Positions 25,491 to 41,504 of a DNA stretch of 64,000 bases are shown in pieces. The stretch's first letter is position 1; every line of letters starts with the position of its first letter. The notes beneath the pieces are model-generated. The model did not search any database and had not been told where the DNA came from. It was given only the letters and a program-made list of their open reading frames with translations. The DNA comes from the human T2T-CHM13v2.0 reference genome, Homo sapiens: assembly GCF_009914755.1 (NCBI RefSeq), contig NC_060928.1; one strand, written 5' to 3'. The translations under genes were made by a program, and so were the position numbers.

Positions 25491-26379
25491 ACTCTTGATG
25501 GCTGGGTTAGTTCAGTTTCAACTTTAGGCTGTGGCAACAGCAGGGGCTGAGGCCTGCAAGTGGGTGCTTGCTCGATTCAGGTAACTGGAGCCATAGGGTC
25601 TGGCTGGCGTAAGAGCACAGAAGGTAGAGGGCAGGAGTGGCTGAATCAGGAAGGGCCAGGTTGGCATGAGGAGGCCCTAGAGGTTTAGCACTGAGCAGTG
25701 ATGGGAATGGTGTGCGTGTTGATTCTGTGCTGGGTGGAGGGGGCTGGAGGCAGAGGAAGCCTGAGGAGAGGAAGTGGAGGGGGTTGCCAAGAGGCAATGG
25801 AGAGGGGCCTGGCAGGGCAGCTGGAAGGAGGTGGGATCCTTGAGGCAGGCCAGACAAGGGCACTGAGAACAGAGGCACAGAGATGGGACAGAGCCTCGAA
25901 GGCTGGGTGCAGTGGGAAGAAGTCCAGATAGCGGGCCTGAGGTGGGGCCTTGAAACCAGGGTGGGTGCCCAGGATGGACAGCTAGGTAGGGTCAGGCCCA
26001 GGCTGTTAGAGCCACACCTGCATCTGGCCCATCTTGGTGGCAGCTTGTTTGCAGGTGGAAGATGGAGGAGGCAGGATGCCTGGGAGGCCAGCAAGGGCCT
26101 CTGCCGGCCTTTGGCCACCCCAGGGGACTCTCCTGGGTGAGGTGCCTGCGTTTGGGCAAGCAGGTGGGAGGTGCCAAGGACCAGACCCCTGGCTCCTTGG
26201 AGAATCCGGGGCTGGAGGCCCATGGAGTCCCGCAGGAAAGTGGAGAAGGTGAGGGCGGGGCACGTGCCCGATCCCTTGCCCCGTTGCCGCCCTCCATGCA
26301 GGTGCCGTTTTGCAGAGGCCACTTTCCCGAGGGAGCTGGTTGCAAGGGCCCGGCGGGATGGGACCTGGGCGGGGCCTCA

Positions 26380-27320
26380 GAGCCGAGGCTCCCGCGCCGG
26401 CCGTGGATTTCCAACCAAGCTGTGTGGACTGGCAGGTGTTGGGGGAGTGGAGCGGGAGGCCTCGTTTGCATCGAAGGCTTCTTGATTCCAGGCTGCACCA
26501 ACAGATGTGGGCCTCCTGTCCCAAGCGCCCACCAACCTCCTTGCAGCGTGGGGAAACTGAGGCCCGCAGGGGGCTCACGTGCCTCCCGCGCACGGTGACG
26601 CGGCAGGGGGCGGGGCCGGGAGGGGCGCGCCGGGATCCTCACCTGCCCGCCCAGTCCCCCGCCGAGAGGGGAGGAGCCGGCGGCTGCCAGGCCAGGGCCG
26701 GCGGGCATGGCGGGCTCCGGGCCGCGGCCGCGGAGCTGGGGCCGGCGGGAGGCGGGCGCCCGGGACGAGGCGGCGGCGGCCGGGGGACGCGGCCCGGGGC
26801 CGTGCCGGTGCTCGCAGGGGAGGCGGGCGTGGATCGCCCCGGGGAAGCCGGCCATGCCCGCCGCGTGGACGCCGTGAGTACCGAGCCCCGGCCCCCGAGC
26901 CCCGGGACCCGGGCCGCGAGCTTCCGGCTCTGGACCCCGCACCCCGAGCCCCTGGACCAGGGCCGCGAGCCCCGGGCGCTGCTGGTCGCCCACGCGCTTC
27001 TTGGGGGAACAAAGGCGGGCGTGGACCGTCCCGGCGGGCGGATGGGGGACTCAGGCCGGCACGGGGCTTGTCGATCTGCGGGCAGCTCCCCGCGGGCGGA
27101 CTGGGCACGGGGCTCCCTCCTCCATCCCCACTGCGGGGCTCCTTCGGGCCGGGCGCGGTTGGGCGGGCGGCGGGGTGTGGCGGCGCCTTTGTTCCAAACC
27201 TTGGCCTGTGGTTGGGGGTCCTGCGGCTGGGACCCGCCCCTGACCCCTCCCTGCCCAGAGGGGCTGTCTTTGGGTGCAGAAGGAGCTGGTGGGGTCCAGC
27301 CGGGTGACCCAGGCCGAGGC
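26380..27320. promoter_or_regulatory. SH3BP2: CpG island / proximal SH3BP2 promoter
   Basis: High CpG density, GC boxes (GGGGCGGGGC ~26607), contains or abuts two alternative first exons. Confidence 0.85.
26707..26873 (+). CDS. SH3BP2: SH3BP2 alternative coding first exon (57-aa extension MAGSGPRPRSWGRRE...AMPAAWT-PF)
   Basis: Strong Kozak GGCATGG at 26707; donor GCC|GTGAGT; 167 nt + 4 nt of exon 2 is in frame with ATG 29100 (618-aa product). Confidence 0.85.
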
Positions 27321-27404
27321 CGGCAGAAGACAGCCTGATGCCTTGAAGACTTCCTCTTGCACTTTTGTTGGAGGGTGCTGGTTTGCTAAAAGCAGAGAGT
27401 ATTT

Positions 27405-27920
<516 letters not shown>

Positions 27921-28895
27921 TTAGTTTTCTTTATGTATGTTTTTTGGGGTTGGAGCTGTAGTGGAACCAGTCCCAGCCCCACTGGGCATCTGGGTCTGAC
28001 CTTAGCTGCTCCACTAAGGGCTTAACAGGACACTGGCCACAGGCCTGCTCCCATCCAACTCCACTGGGGCCACAGGAGGGACCCTACCCAGGATGGAGTG
28101 AGGGCAGGCACAGACCAAACAGTGCAGGGTCGGGGGGTACTGTTCACTGGGACAAGAGATGAGGAAGATGCTGGATTTAAGTGGGCAATGAGGGTGCCTA
28201 GCAGAAGAGGGGCTCTTAACCTGGGTCTTGATGGATGAGTAGAAGTTCTCTGCATGGGAAGGGGTGGAGGTCATTTCAGGCAGAGGAGGAAGCATTAAAC
28301 AGCATGGTGTATCTCAAGGAGAGCAGCTGGAGCATGAGTAAGGGGGGCTGGAGTAGGGGGCAGGGCATGATGTTGGGTCCTGTGGGCCTGGGTTAGCCCC
28401 AAGGCAGTCACTGGTCCTCCACTGACTGTGTGGTCCTCGCTTGGGCTCAGAGGGAAGGGGAGTGATATCCTGGGCTGGTGGGGTGGATAGCAGCCAACCC
28501 ACCAAATGGTGGTCACGACCACTGCTGACAACAGTGTGCTGTGTGCTGGGCTGGGTGTCCACTCTGTCCTCCAGCATCTGAGGCTTGGGATCTCCCAGAA
28601 AGTCACACCAGGATGGGAGCCCAGGTCGTTTGAGCTGGGTGCTCTTGGCTGCTCACTTGCCTTCTTCCTGTCTAGGCCCCTTATAGGTTCACCTGGCACT
28701 GGGACTTGAAGTAGTTATGGCCTGAGGTCTCACTTACCTGGGCTGGCAGTTTTCTGAGTTCGTTCATCTCTACCCAGCCCCCGTGGGGCCTTGCGCTCAG
28801 TGGCTGTGTGCAGAATGAACCAGTGGAGAGAAAGGGCTGCACGTAGCGCTCAGGATCCTGGGGTTGGGTTTGTGGCTGAGTGGACCAGGGGCTGA

Positions 28896-29252
<357 letters not shown>

Positions 29253-30042
29253 TAGGGTGCACAGTAGGAGGGCATGGGGGCAGGGCTAGCCATGTAAGTA
29301 AGCATCCTCTCCAAGCCTCTGCTTCCTCACATGGTGTGCCCTCTGGATTTTCCCATTCCCTCTCTGGTGGCTGGCACCCCTGGAGAAGCAGAGGTTGACT
29401 TCCCTAGCCCCCAGGACTGTAGCAGGGTCCGGGGTGGTGCACAGTGCTGGCCAGCTGGCAAGGGGAGCTGCAGCCTGCAGCCAGGACCTGGGGACCACAG
29501 GTGGCCAGGTAGGTCTGGCCTCTGGTGCTGCCCTCACTGAATCCGTGAATGTTCAGTGAGTTAGTTGGTCACTTCGCCCACAGTGAACCTATGTGTCAAG
29601 TCCTGGCTGGGTGCTGGACCTCTGGAGCTGCACAAGACCCAGGCTCTGGCCCCCAGGACAGCTGGCTGGGAGGAAGAAGCAGCCCTCAGGCTTGAGAGAT
29701 ACCCAAATGCTGAGATACTGAAGGCCAAGAGCATCAGGGCCTGAGCAGCAGGTGCTCCATGCCTTTGCAGTAGCAGTGCCCTCTGCCAGGGACTCCCTGG
29801 TCCTGGGCCGCCTGGTTGAGATGTCCAGGCTGGACTGATTGGTTCCTGTACGGGCACTGGTTGAGCTGTTCTCCTCTTTGCACAGACAGCCTCCTTGGAG
29901 GAGCTGTAACTGGCTTGTCCCCCAGCCTGGGACAGGGCTGGGGCAGTGGAGCTAGGGTGGTTTCAGTGTAACTTTCCACCTAGGGGTGGCCCCACACCAG
30001 TGGCTCTCACTGGCAAACTCTCCGGGCTCCTGAGTCTCCCTC

Positions 30043-31015
<973 letters not shown>

Positions 31016-31312
31016 TTAGTCCCCCTCTTTTAGCTCTGGGGTAGTGGGAGCCTCCAACAGCCCTGCAGCACCCAGCAAGTCAGCTGTGGCCTCCCTGGGC
31101 CTCTGGTCCTGGCTCTGCCTTGCCTCATGCTGGCTCCACACAGCCCCCCAAATCTACCTCTTCTTTGTGGGCAGCCAGGCCTGCCCTCGGGTGGCACTCT
31201 GGGGCTAGCCAGTGTGCCTACAATTTTTTCCGTATTTGGCCCCAGAGTGGGCTCCTGGGGAGGGGGCAGCATGCCAGCCTTGCTCCCTGCTCTTCCATTT
31301 GGTAAGGCTTAG

Positions 31313-31519
<207 letters not shown>

Positions 31520-32810
31520 TAAGTGCCCGACCTGCCTGCTGACCTCGGGCCCCCACAGCCAGCGGGTCCCTCCCAGCAGAGCCCCAGCTGGGCCTGCCCC
31601 TTATTCCCGCCCAAGGAAAGTGCTTTCCCGAAGCAGCCTTCGTGCCCATCCCCTGTCCTCCCCGCCCAGCCTCCACAGTGCCTCGCCCTCTCCGCGTGTC
31701 CTGCCCTCAGGCGCAGGACCTTGGGGGTGCCAGGGTCTTCCTGTGGCTTTGTGCACAAGTCCCAGAGGCCTGGACAGCCTGCTCTCCAGAGTCTCCACTC
31801 GGCCACCACCCAGTGACTTCTGCATCTCTCCTCCCTCCCCACCTTGCCCCTTCACCCACCATGACCTCTTTCCAGGCAGCCCAGACCCCAGCCAGCCCAG
31901 GCCCTGTCCCAAACAGAGGCTGGGCCCTAGGATTCCCTGCTCCAGGGTCCTCCCAGGCCGGGATCAGTTTCCAGCTTCACGCATGTCCTGGGCTGGGCTC
32001 TATCCAGTGATGGGCCATGAGCTGCCCTGGAGGGCCTTCTGCACTAACAGGCAGGTGGGCGGTGGCCAGGTGGCATGTGGGTGGGGGAGTGCACTGGCAC
32101 AGCCCATGGCCTGGGGCCCACACAAAGGGTTAATGCTGGCACCCAGCTCTGGTTCTGGTTGCTATCCCATCGGAGCCCTGCACCCCACAGCATTTATCTA
32201 TGCCTCTTACCACCCCTTAAGGGCCCAGCCCCTCCTGCCTATGAGGAACCAAGGGTCACATGGTATCAGTAGTGGAACTGGGACCTTTGGAGTGACTCTA
32301 GGCCCCGGCCTGCACCCTGGCCACAGGCCTGGTAGGGCAGCCTTGCCAGAGCACCCAGCCTGGTGCCAGGCCCCCATGCTGGCACAGAGCTCCGGGGTCC
32401 CCTGGGGAAGGTCGTTCCCTTTCTGCAGACAGACACAGCGCCTTCCGGCCTCCAGCATGTGCCAGCCATGCCATGAACCCTGGGCCCAGTGGCAGATGCA
32501 ATCATGCCCCAGGGAATTGTCTAGCCCATCAGGGAATGCTGGGCCTGAGGAGTTTTGGCCAGGCTCTTATGGGCCGTATAAGTGCACCTGCCCCGGTGCC
32601 TGGCTGGCAGGGCTCCCCACGTGATAAACTCAGCGCAAACCCCACATCCTGGCTGTGTGAGTGGGCCGCAGAGCAGGCACGAGTCATTCCCTGAAATGCA
32701 CTCAGGGCTGCTGCTGGGCCTCAGGGGCACGGAGCCCTGTGGGGTACCCCAGGGAGGCCAAGCAGGCCTGGGCAAATGGGGCCAGAGGTGGGAGGGTGGC
32801 GTCCATGTAA

Positions 32811-33242
<432 letters not shown>

Positions 33243-33607
33243 TGACTGGGGGTGTGGGCCTGCAGGCACCAGGCTGGACCTGCCTTGGGGGCTCGCTGGT
33301 CCTGGGGCGCTGGCCTCTCAGCCCCGGGCAAAGAGAAGGTGTGGCTGGGACACAGGCAGCTGGGTGGGTGCTGCCCCAGCTCCATCCCCATGCCCAGAGC
33401 CTGGTGCCAGCGCCCACACAAGGAACATGCTGTCCTGGGAGGTGCCCCTGTGGGCTGAGGGGAGCCACACAGCCATGTTGTATCCAGCCGGGTCGCCTCC
33501 TCTGACCTTGGGAGTCACAGCAGAGCAGGCAGGGCAGTGAAGGTGGAGGGGTGCGGTGGGGCCCACCCTGGTGGCACCGTGCCCACCACAGCCCCGCTGA
33601 CCTGCAG

Positions 33608-33678
33608 AGCTGGATGGCCTTGCTGCGCAGGGAGATTGGCCACTTCCACGAAAAGAAAGACCTGCCCTTGGACACCAG
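33608..33678 (+). CDS. SH3BP2: SH3BP2 exon 5 ([23 protein letters not shown]), PH C-terminal helix
   Basis: CTGCAG|AGC acceptor, CAG|GTGAGC donor, 71 nt; conserved PH Trp. Confidence 0.98.
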
Positions 33679-33833
33679 GTGAGCCCGGGCCCAGGGCATA
33701 CCGGGCAGTGAGGGTCCCTGGGGCGCCTGGGCCTGACCCGGGTGTCCGCCTCCCAGCCCCGGGCTTGGCATAGAATTCCGTCCTTAAAGGTTTCCTGGAG
33801 GTGCCAGCTGGGCTGCGTCTCTCTGCTCCTGTC

Positions 33834-34093
33834 TACAGATAAACACAGATACAGGACAAGCACAGATGTTCACACACAGACGAGCGACACGCGGACACGC
33901 ACACACAAACACAAGCAACACGCGGACATGCACACACACAGAGCAACACGTGGACATGCACACACACACAGAGCAACACGTGGACATGCACACACACACA
34001 GCAACACGTGGACATGCACACACACACAGCAACACGCAGACATGCACACACAAACACAGAGCAACACACAGACATGCACACACACACAGAGCA
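33834..34093. repeat. CA-rich minisatellite block (CACACAGAGCAACACGYGGACATG)n; inverted copy of 35025-35286
   Basis: Reverse complement of the downstream array, including its non-periodic flank. Confidence 0.95.
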
Positions 34094-34696
34094 TGCACAG
34101 GTGTGCATGCATCTCTCTGCTCCTGTCTACCTCCAGCCCCATCTGTCACATCTGTTTCTGTGTTGCCGCCATGGGTAGTTCCTGTTAGGGGATCATGTGT
34201 GTTTATACGCCTGCCACCAGGGAGGCCTGGCATGGCAGCAGCTGGGCACTTTGGGTTCCCAGCCCCCTACGCCCACCCTGGCTCACTCAGAGTGAGACCA
34301 GAATGATTCTCCTGGCGGGGCGCCACTGGGCAGTCTGAGCCTTGGCAGCCTCCCCCGTGAGCTGGCCCGACGTGCAGCAGATACTCTCTGGATTGGGACT
34401 CCCTGGCCCGAGACGATGTGGAGGGAACAAACCTTCCTGTCCTTTCACAGGTGGGGACAGGAGGCCCAGGGAGGGCTGGGCACAGCCAAGGCTGCCCTGC
34501 AGGTCCCTGCCTGACTCCGGGCTCCCGTCCCCTGGTCCAAGCTGTTCAGCCTCGGGCCCAGCCCAGAGTCGCCCAAGCCCTCTTGAGGCAGGAGCAGGTG
34601 GAGACGTGGGCACAGTCAGGGCGGCCATCCTTGTGGGCCAGAAGGGGCACCTAGTGGAGGCACCACAGCCTCCAGTTCTTCTGTCTGTCCTTGTAA

Positions 34697-35286
34697 CTGT
34701 GTGTGCATGTCCGCGTGTTGCTCTGTGTGTGTGCATGTCCGCGTGTTGCTCTGTGTGTGTGTGTGTGCATGTCCACGTGTTGCTCTGTGTTTGTGTGTGC
34801 ATGTCTGCGTGTTGCTCTGTGTTTGTGTGTGCATGTCCGCGTGTTGCTCTGTGTGTGTGCATGTCCACGTGTTGCTCTGTGTTTGTGTGTGCATGTCCGC
34901 GTGTTGCTCTGTGTGTGTGCATGTCCGCGTGTTGCTGTTTGTGTGTGCATGTCTGCGTGTTGCTCTGTGTGTGTGTGCATGTCCGCGTGTTGCTCTGTGT
35001 GTGTGTGTGTGCATGTCTGCATGTTGCTCTGTGTGTGTGTGCATGTCTGTGTGTTGCTCTGTGTTTGTGTGTGCATGTCTGCGTGTTGCTCTGTGTGTGT
35101 GTGCATGTCCACGTGTTGCTCTGTGTGTGTGCATGTCCTCATGTTGCTCTGTGTGTGTGTGCATGTCCGCATGTTGCTCTGTGTGTGTGCATGTCCGCGT
35201 GTTGCTTGTGTTTGTGTGTGCGTGTCCGTGTGTCGCTCGTCTGTGTGTGAACATGTGTGCTTGTCCTGTATCTGTGTTTATCTGTA
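34697..35286. repeat. TG-rich minisatellite, ~28-32-bp unit GTGTGTGCATGTCYRCGTGTTGCTCT, ~17 units plus flank
   Basis: Directly visible tandem units; degenerate TG-rich sequence continues to ~35620. Confidence 0.95.
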
Positions 35287-35684
35287 TACTTCCATGTCTG
35301 TGTGACAGAGTCCTTGTGTCTGTGTGTCTACATGTCTGCGCGTGTCCCTGTGTCTTTGTGTATATATATCCATGCCTGTGTGCCTGTGTTCCTGCGTGTG
35401 CTTGTGTGTGCACGTGTGCATTTGTGTGTTTGTCAGAGTATGTGTGCATGTGTGTGTCTGTCAGCGTATCCATGTGTGCATGTGTGTGTCTGTCAGCGGA
35501 TCCGTGTGTGCATGTGTGTGTCTGTCAGCTTAACCATGTGTGCATGTGTTTGTCAGTGTATCCGTGTGTGCATCTGTGTATCTGTCCATGTATCCGCGTG
35601 TGCCTGTGTGTACCTTTGTGTGAGCATCAAGGGACCTCCCAGGCCTGGTGCTCACCGTCCGCCCCAACGCACCCTGCATTGCAG

Positions 35685-35773
35685 CGACTCCAGCTCGGAC
35701 ACAGACAGCTTCTACGGCGCAGTTGAGCGGCCTGTGGATATCAGCCTTTCCCCGTACCCCACGGACAATGAAG
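35685..35773 (+). CDS. SH3BP2: SH3BP2 exon 6 ([30 protein letters not shown])
   Basis: ATTGCAG|C acceptor, AAG|GTGAGG donor, 89 nt. Confidence 0.97.
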
Positions 35774-36060
35774 GTGAGGTCTTTCTCCGCATCCACTGCC
35801 CGTTCGCCTCTCCCCACCTGGCCTCCTCTTGGCCGCTGTGGAGGAGAGGGAGGTGTGTTCGGCTGTGCTCCTTGCTCTGGCCCTTTGGCAGTGCGCAGTA
35901 GCATCCCTGGGCTCTGGCCTTCAGCGGCAGGGTCTGGACTCACAGTCCTCCCAGCAGGTGCTTGCCCCTTGCCTCCTGGACTCAGCCCCATGCATGGAGC
36001 ATTGCTCGGAGACTGGGCCTGGGCCGGTTTGGCTCTCACCACCCCCCTCTCCCCATGCAG

Positions 36061-36129
36061 ACTATGAGCACGACGATGAGGATGACTCCTACCTGGAGCC
36101 TGACTCCCCGGAGCCCGGAAGGCTTGAGG
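36061..36129 (+). CDS. SH3BP2: SH3BP2 exon 7 ([23 protein letters not shown]; Y174 and Y183 phospho-sites)
   Basis: CCATGCAG|A acceptor, AGG|GTAGGT donor, 69 nt. Confidence 0.97.
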
Positions 36130-37877
36130 GTAGGTGGGGCGGGTGGGCCCGGGGAGCTCTGGGTGTGTAGGAAGCAGGGGCTGGGACCGGGAGCAGAGCC
36201 CCTCCCAGGCTGGGGATGCTGGCCCAGGTACCGCTCTGGGTGGCTTCCGCTTCCCTGCTGTGTCCCAAGTATTATGAGGATTGGAGCAGAAGAGGTGTAG
36301 CTGCTGCCACCTCTGCTCATTTCCTCCTCCCACCTCCCAGGAGGAGGGACAGGCACATGGCGATAAGTGGCAGGTGGAGCCGGGGTGGCCCTGGGGGTTA
36401 AGCATGGGGAAGGAAGGACGCTGAGGAGCGCGCAGGCTCAGGGCAGGTCCATGTCCCCATGGCTGCCAGCTTGTGTGGACACTGCTGCAGGCCAGGTCGT
36501 TGTCCCACCCCACCCCATCCCATCCCAGTGTCCACCTACCTCCTGCAGCACATGGCCTAGTCAAAGAGACAGGCTGATACAGGTGGTCACACGTGGATGA
36601 CGGAAGCACGAGCTGGGTGGGGAGGACGTGTCTCTGTCCTCCTCTGTCCCCTCCCTCCCTTCCTCCCTCCCTATTGTCTCTCCAGCCCCCTCATCTTGTC
36701 AATTTCCTCATGTCTGGGGCTGATCCTTGATCCTTCCATTTTCCCTGCGTCCGCCCTGCCTCCTTGTTTTCCAGCCTCCTGTTCTCACTGACTTGGCCTC
36801 TGCTGACCCCAGCCCCTGACCCCGTATCCTCTCTGCCTCCCATCCCCTCCCACCTTCAGGCTCCCGGGTCCAGCCCCTCTTCTCCTGCCGCTCCCTCCCT
36901 CCTTCCCTCTGGGGTCCCAGTGCCAACAGTCCTTCAGCCCACCAGGGTCTGCGGGCCGCTTGCCTCAGTTTCCTTCCATGCAGAGCTCTTGTCTCACAGT
37001 GTTCACCATGCCTGTCCCTTCGCCCACACACTACTGCCTTCCGTCTTAGCCTGGCTGGCCAAGCCTTGGTGAACTCAGACTCCGTCTGCCCAGCCCTGAG
37101 CTGCAGCCCAGTGAGGCTAGAGATGGGCCTGGGGAGCCACCAGTGCTCCTGCATGCTACTGCTCCACTCACCCTCCCTCTGTACCCCCTTCATCCTCTCC
37201 CCGAGACATTTCTCGTCCAGGACGCCTGTGGCCTCCCCATTCCCAGTTCCAGCGCTCAGTCCTGAGCCACACCAGCCTGGCGCCTGCCCTGTTCCTTGCC
37301 AGCCCGTCCTCCAGGCGCCCCGTGCTCCCAGGGTCCTCTTTCTCCTCAGCTCCTGTGCTGGCCCCATGAGGGATACCCGGGACTCAGACCTCACTCCTCT
37401 CCCGAATTCCCTGGGTGACAGCCTGGGTCATCTGCAGGCTGCCCGCTCCGAGTCATGTCCAGCCTGGATTTTTGAACTCTGCACACATTCCCTGACCCCG
37501 CATCCCCTGGCATCTCCCAGCTTTCTGGATATGTTCTGAGCAAACACGGGCCTTCACCTTCCTCCCAGCTGCTCCCCTCCCCTGTCCTTGGGAATTCCGT
37601 CCTCCCTCTCGCTCCAGCCGAGCCCTGAGATCCTTCTTGACTTCTCTTCCTTTCTCTTCCTTCCACCTCTGGGAACCTGATGGGCTCCTCAGGTGTCCTC
37701 TAGGCTTCAGGAAGCGTCCACAGGCTGCCATAGGGAGGATGAATGGGGAAGGCTGGGGGTGGTGGGTGGTCTGGGACCCTGGGGAAGGCAGGATGGGAGT
37801 GCTGGGTGCTGGGCTGCTGGGTGGGCAGGCTGTGGGGTGGGCCTACCATGGGTTGCACTCCTGGTTGGCCTGGCTGA

Positions 37878-38603
<726 letters not shown>

Positions 38604-38799
38604 TGAGTTTGTGTGGCGGCTGCAAGCCCTGCCTCCAGCTACAGGGACCCTGGCCTGGCCTCTGACGGGCACTCTGCCCACCTCGCTCCCCTGGCACTCT
38701 TAGCCCACGACGGGGTACCAGGTGCAAGGGTAGGAAGGTTCCCGGTTGCCTCCAGTCCGCCTTGGTGGAACGTGGAGCATGTCCATGACTCAGCCCTGA

Positions 38800-39113
<314 letters not shown>

Positions 39114-39915
39114 TGCTGAAATGCTTTCTGCTTTATTTCTGGGAAGTGCCAGGAGACCAGTTTGTCCCCCACTCCCACAGAGTTACGCCAATGGCTGTGG
39201 TCAAAGGCATCTGGGACCCCAGGTGGGCTTCCTGCCTTGCCTGGCAGGCAAAGGGTCCAGGAACTGGAGGGGCAGGTTTCGCATGGGTGTGCTGGCCGGC
39301 ACGCGCACCCCCGAATGCCCTTGCCCACGGTGCCCTTCTCCCAGGGCTCTGCGAACACCTCTGAGATGCCTGCTGCCTGTGTGGAAGTGCCTCTGAGCAG
39401 CCCTTGTCACACTCGTGGTTCTAGTTCACCAAGGGCTGCAGAGATGCAGATGTTTGGAAGTCACGTTTTTCCATGACTGTGGGGATAGCGGTTCCAGGGC
39501 TCAGCCTCACCCACAGGCTGGCCTCCCATGCTGGCGTGGCCCGTTAATCCTCCCTAGAGCCTTTGAGGCTTTGCTGAGCAGGACCGGCTAGCCACACAGG
39601 GAGGCGTGCAGGGACGCCATGGGCGTCCTTTGGGGTCACACTGCATTGTTCATCCAGTTCACGTCCACTCCCCTGTGGCTCTGAGTGGGCTGTGATTTGG
39701 CCATGACCGGACCTCCCCTCCCCACGAGCATCCAGAGCACTTGTTGACGGTGTGATGACACTGAGCTTGGGAACCCTGGACTCCCTTGCCAGCATCCATG
39801 GCAGCCCTGACCCCTGACTCCGGTGTCGGGCGATTCCTGCTGTCCCAGGGCAGTCAGCACGAGCCCTACCCGGATCTCTGTTGTCCTGAGCTTTTTAGGG
39901 TCACAGGGGCCATAG

Positions 39916-40197
<282 letters not shown>

Positions 40198-40377
40198 TAG
40201 GCCAGGGCGGCCCCTCACAGACCGTCCTGAGCAAGGACCCCCCGAGAACCCGGGAGCCTAGGGGGACACAGCACCATGTAAAGCCCCGGATCCCGGCACC
40301 GGGTGGCCACCGTCCGGGGAGTGGTGGTGCGGGTGGATCACTCCGACGTTGGCACTGACACCGTCAGCCTCTTGCAG

Positions 40378-40433
40378 GTGCCACTGCCCAACTCGGTCTT
40401 CGTCAACACCACGGAGTCCTGCGAAGTGGAAAG
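40378..40433 (+). CDS. SH3BP2: SH3BP2 exon 10 (VPLPNSVFVNTTESCEVER), start of SH2
   Basis: TTGCAG|GTG acceptor, AAG|GTCAGC donor, 56 nt. Confidence 0.97.
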
Positions 40434-40771
40434 GTCAGCACAAAGCCCTGTGTGTGCTGGGTCCTCCGCCATGCCCGGCTTCCTGCTTCTGTGTCCCTCT
40501 CACTAGCTTCCGTGTTGGGGAGTTGCTGGCACAAGTTCATGGCCCTGCGTGCAGCAGAAACCAGAGGAGTGGACCTCCCTGCTCTGTCCCATGCCCAGCT
40601 GGCACCCTGGCTGGCCAGGGCTCTGCTGGGCTGCTTCTGTCAGCCTCACGGCAGCCCGACGTGCTCAGCTCCTGAGACCTACAACAGCGAGAGAACAGAA
40701 AGCCAGGCTTGGGAGCGGGGCGGGAAGGTCCGTGTGAAAGCTGCCCGAGGAGGACTCACCCGCTAATATGA

Positions 40772-40951
<180 letters not shown>

Positions 40952-41444
40952 TAAACCACTCCCCTTGTGGACTCTTACTTGGTGTCTCAGCTGAATTCTC
41001 TTCCCAGCAGCACCCCCCAATCTATTCCCTAATAGATCTCCATCTGCAAATTGGGGGCCATGATGGCCACCTCCCAGTGGGGGCCAGGACTCGGGTGGGG
41101 TAGGGCTCATGCTCTGGGGTGGCGGAGGCCACATGGGGCAGGGGAACGCCAGGTCTGCCCGTGTCCCTCCGAGCGTGAAGTTGTGACCTCACTGAGCCAT
41201 GCTCTCCCGGGTGTGTCGGAGTGGTTATTGGTGGTTATGAGCTGTTGCTCATCAGAGGCTCTCTGAGGGCTGCCAGTGTCGTCCCCGCTGTCCTTGTGCA
41301 GGTGGTCTGGAGTCCCTCCCCGCCCCCCGAGGGCCACAGGACCCAGCCTTGATGGTTCTGCCCCCCTATCCCCAGCCCATGGTCTCCCGAGGCTGGTCCC
41401 GCTGTTTCTCAGGGAGCCGTCAGCCTCCCGCTTCCGTCCTGTAG

Positions 41445-41504
41445 GTCCTGGTTGTGTGGGACGAAACCTCTAACAAAGTGAGGAACTATCGCATTTTTGA
41501 GAAG
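41445..41504 (+). CDS. SH3BP2: SH3BP2 exon 12 (VLVVWDETSNKVRNYRIFEK)
   Basis: CCTGTAG|GTC acceptor, AAG|GTGAGA donor, 60 nt. Confidence 0.97.

Noticed and set aside
25992-27338. 333- and 342-aa ORFs over the proximal CpG island
   Set aside because: GC artefacts; the supported coding segment is 26707-26873 in another frame.
34287-35901. Cys/His-rich ORFs resembling metallothionein or zinc-finger proteins
   Set aside because: Direct translations of the TG/CA minisatellite.
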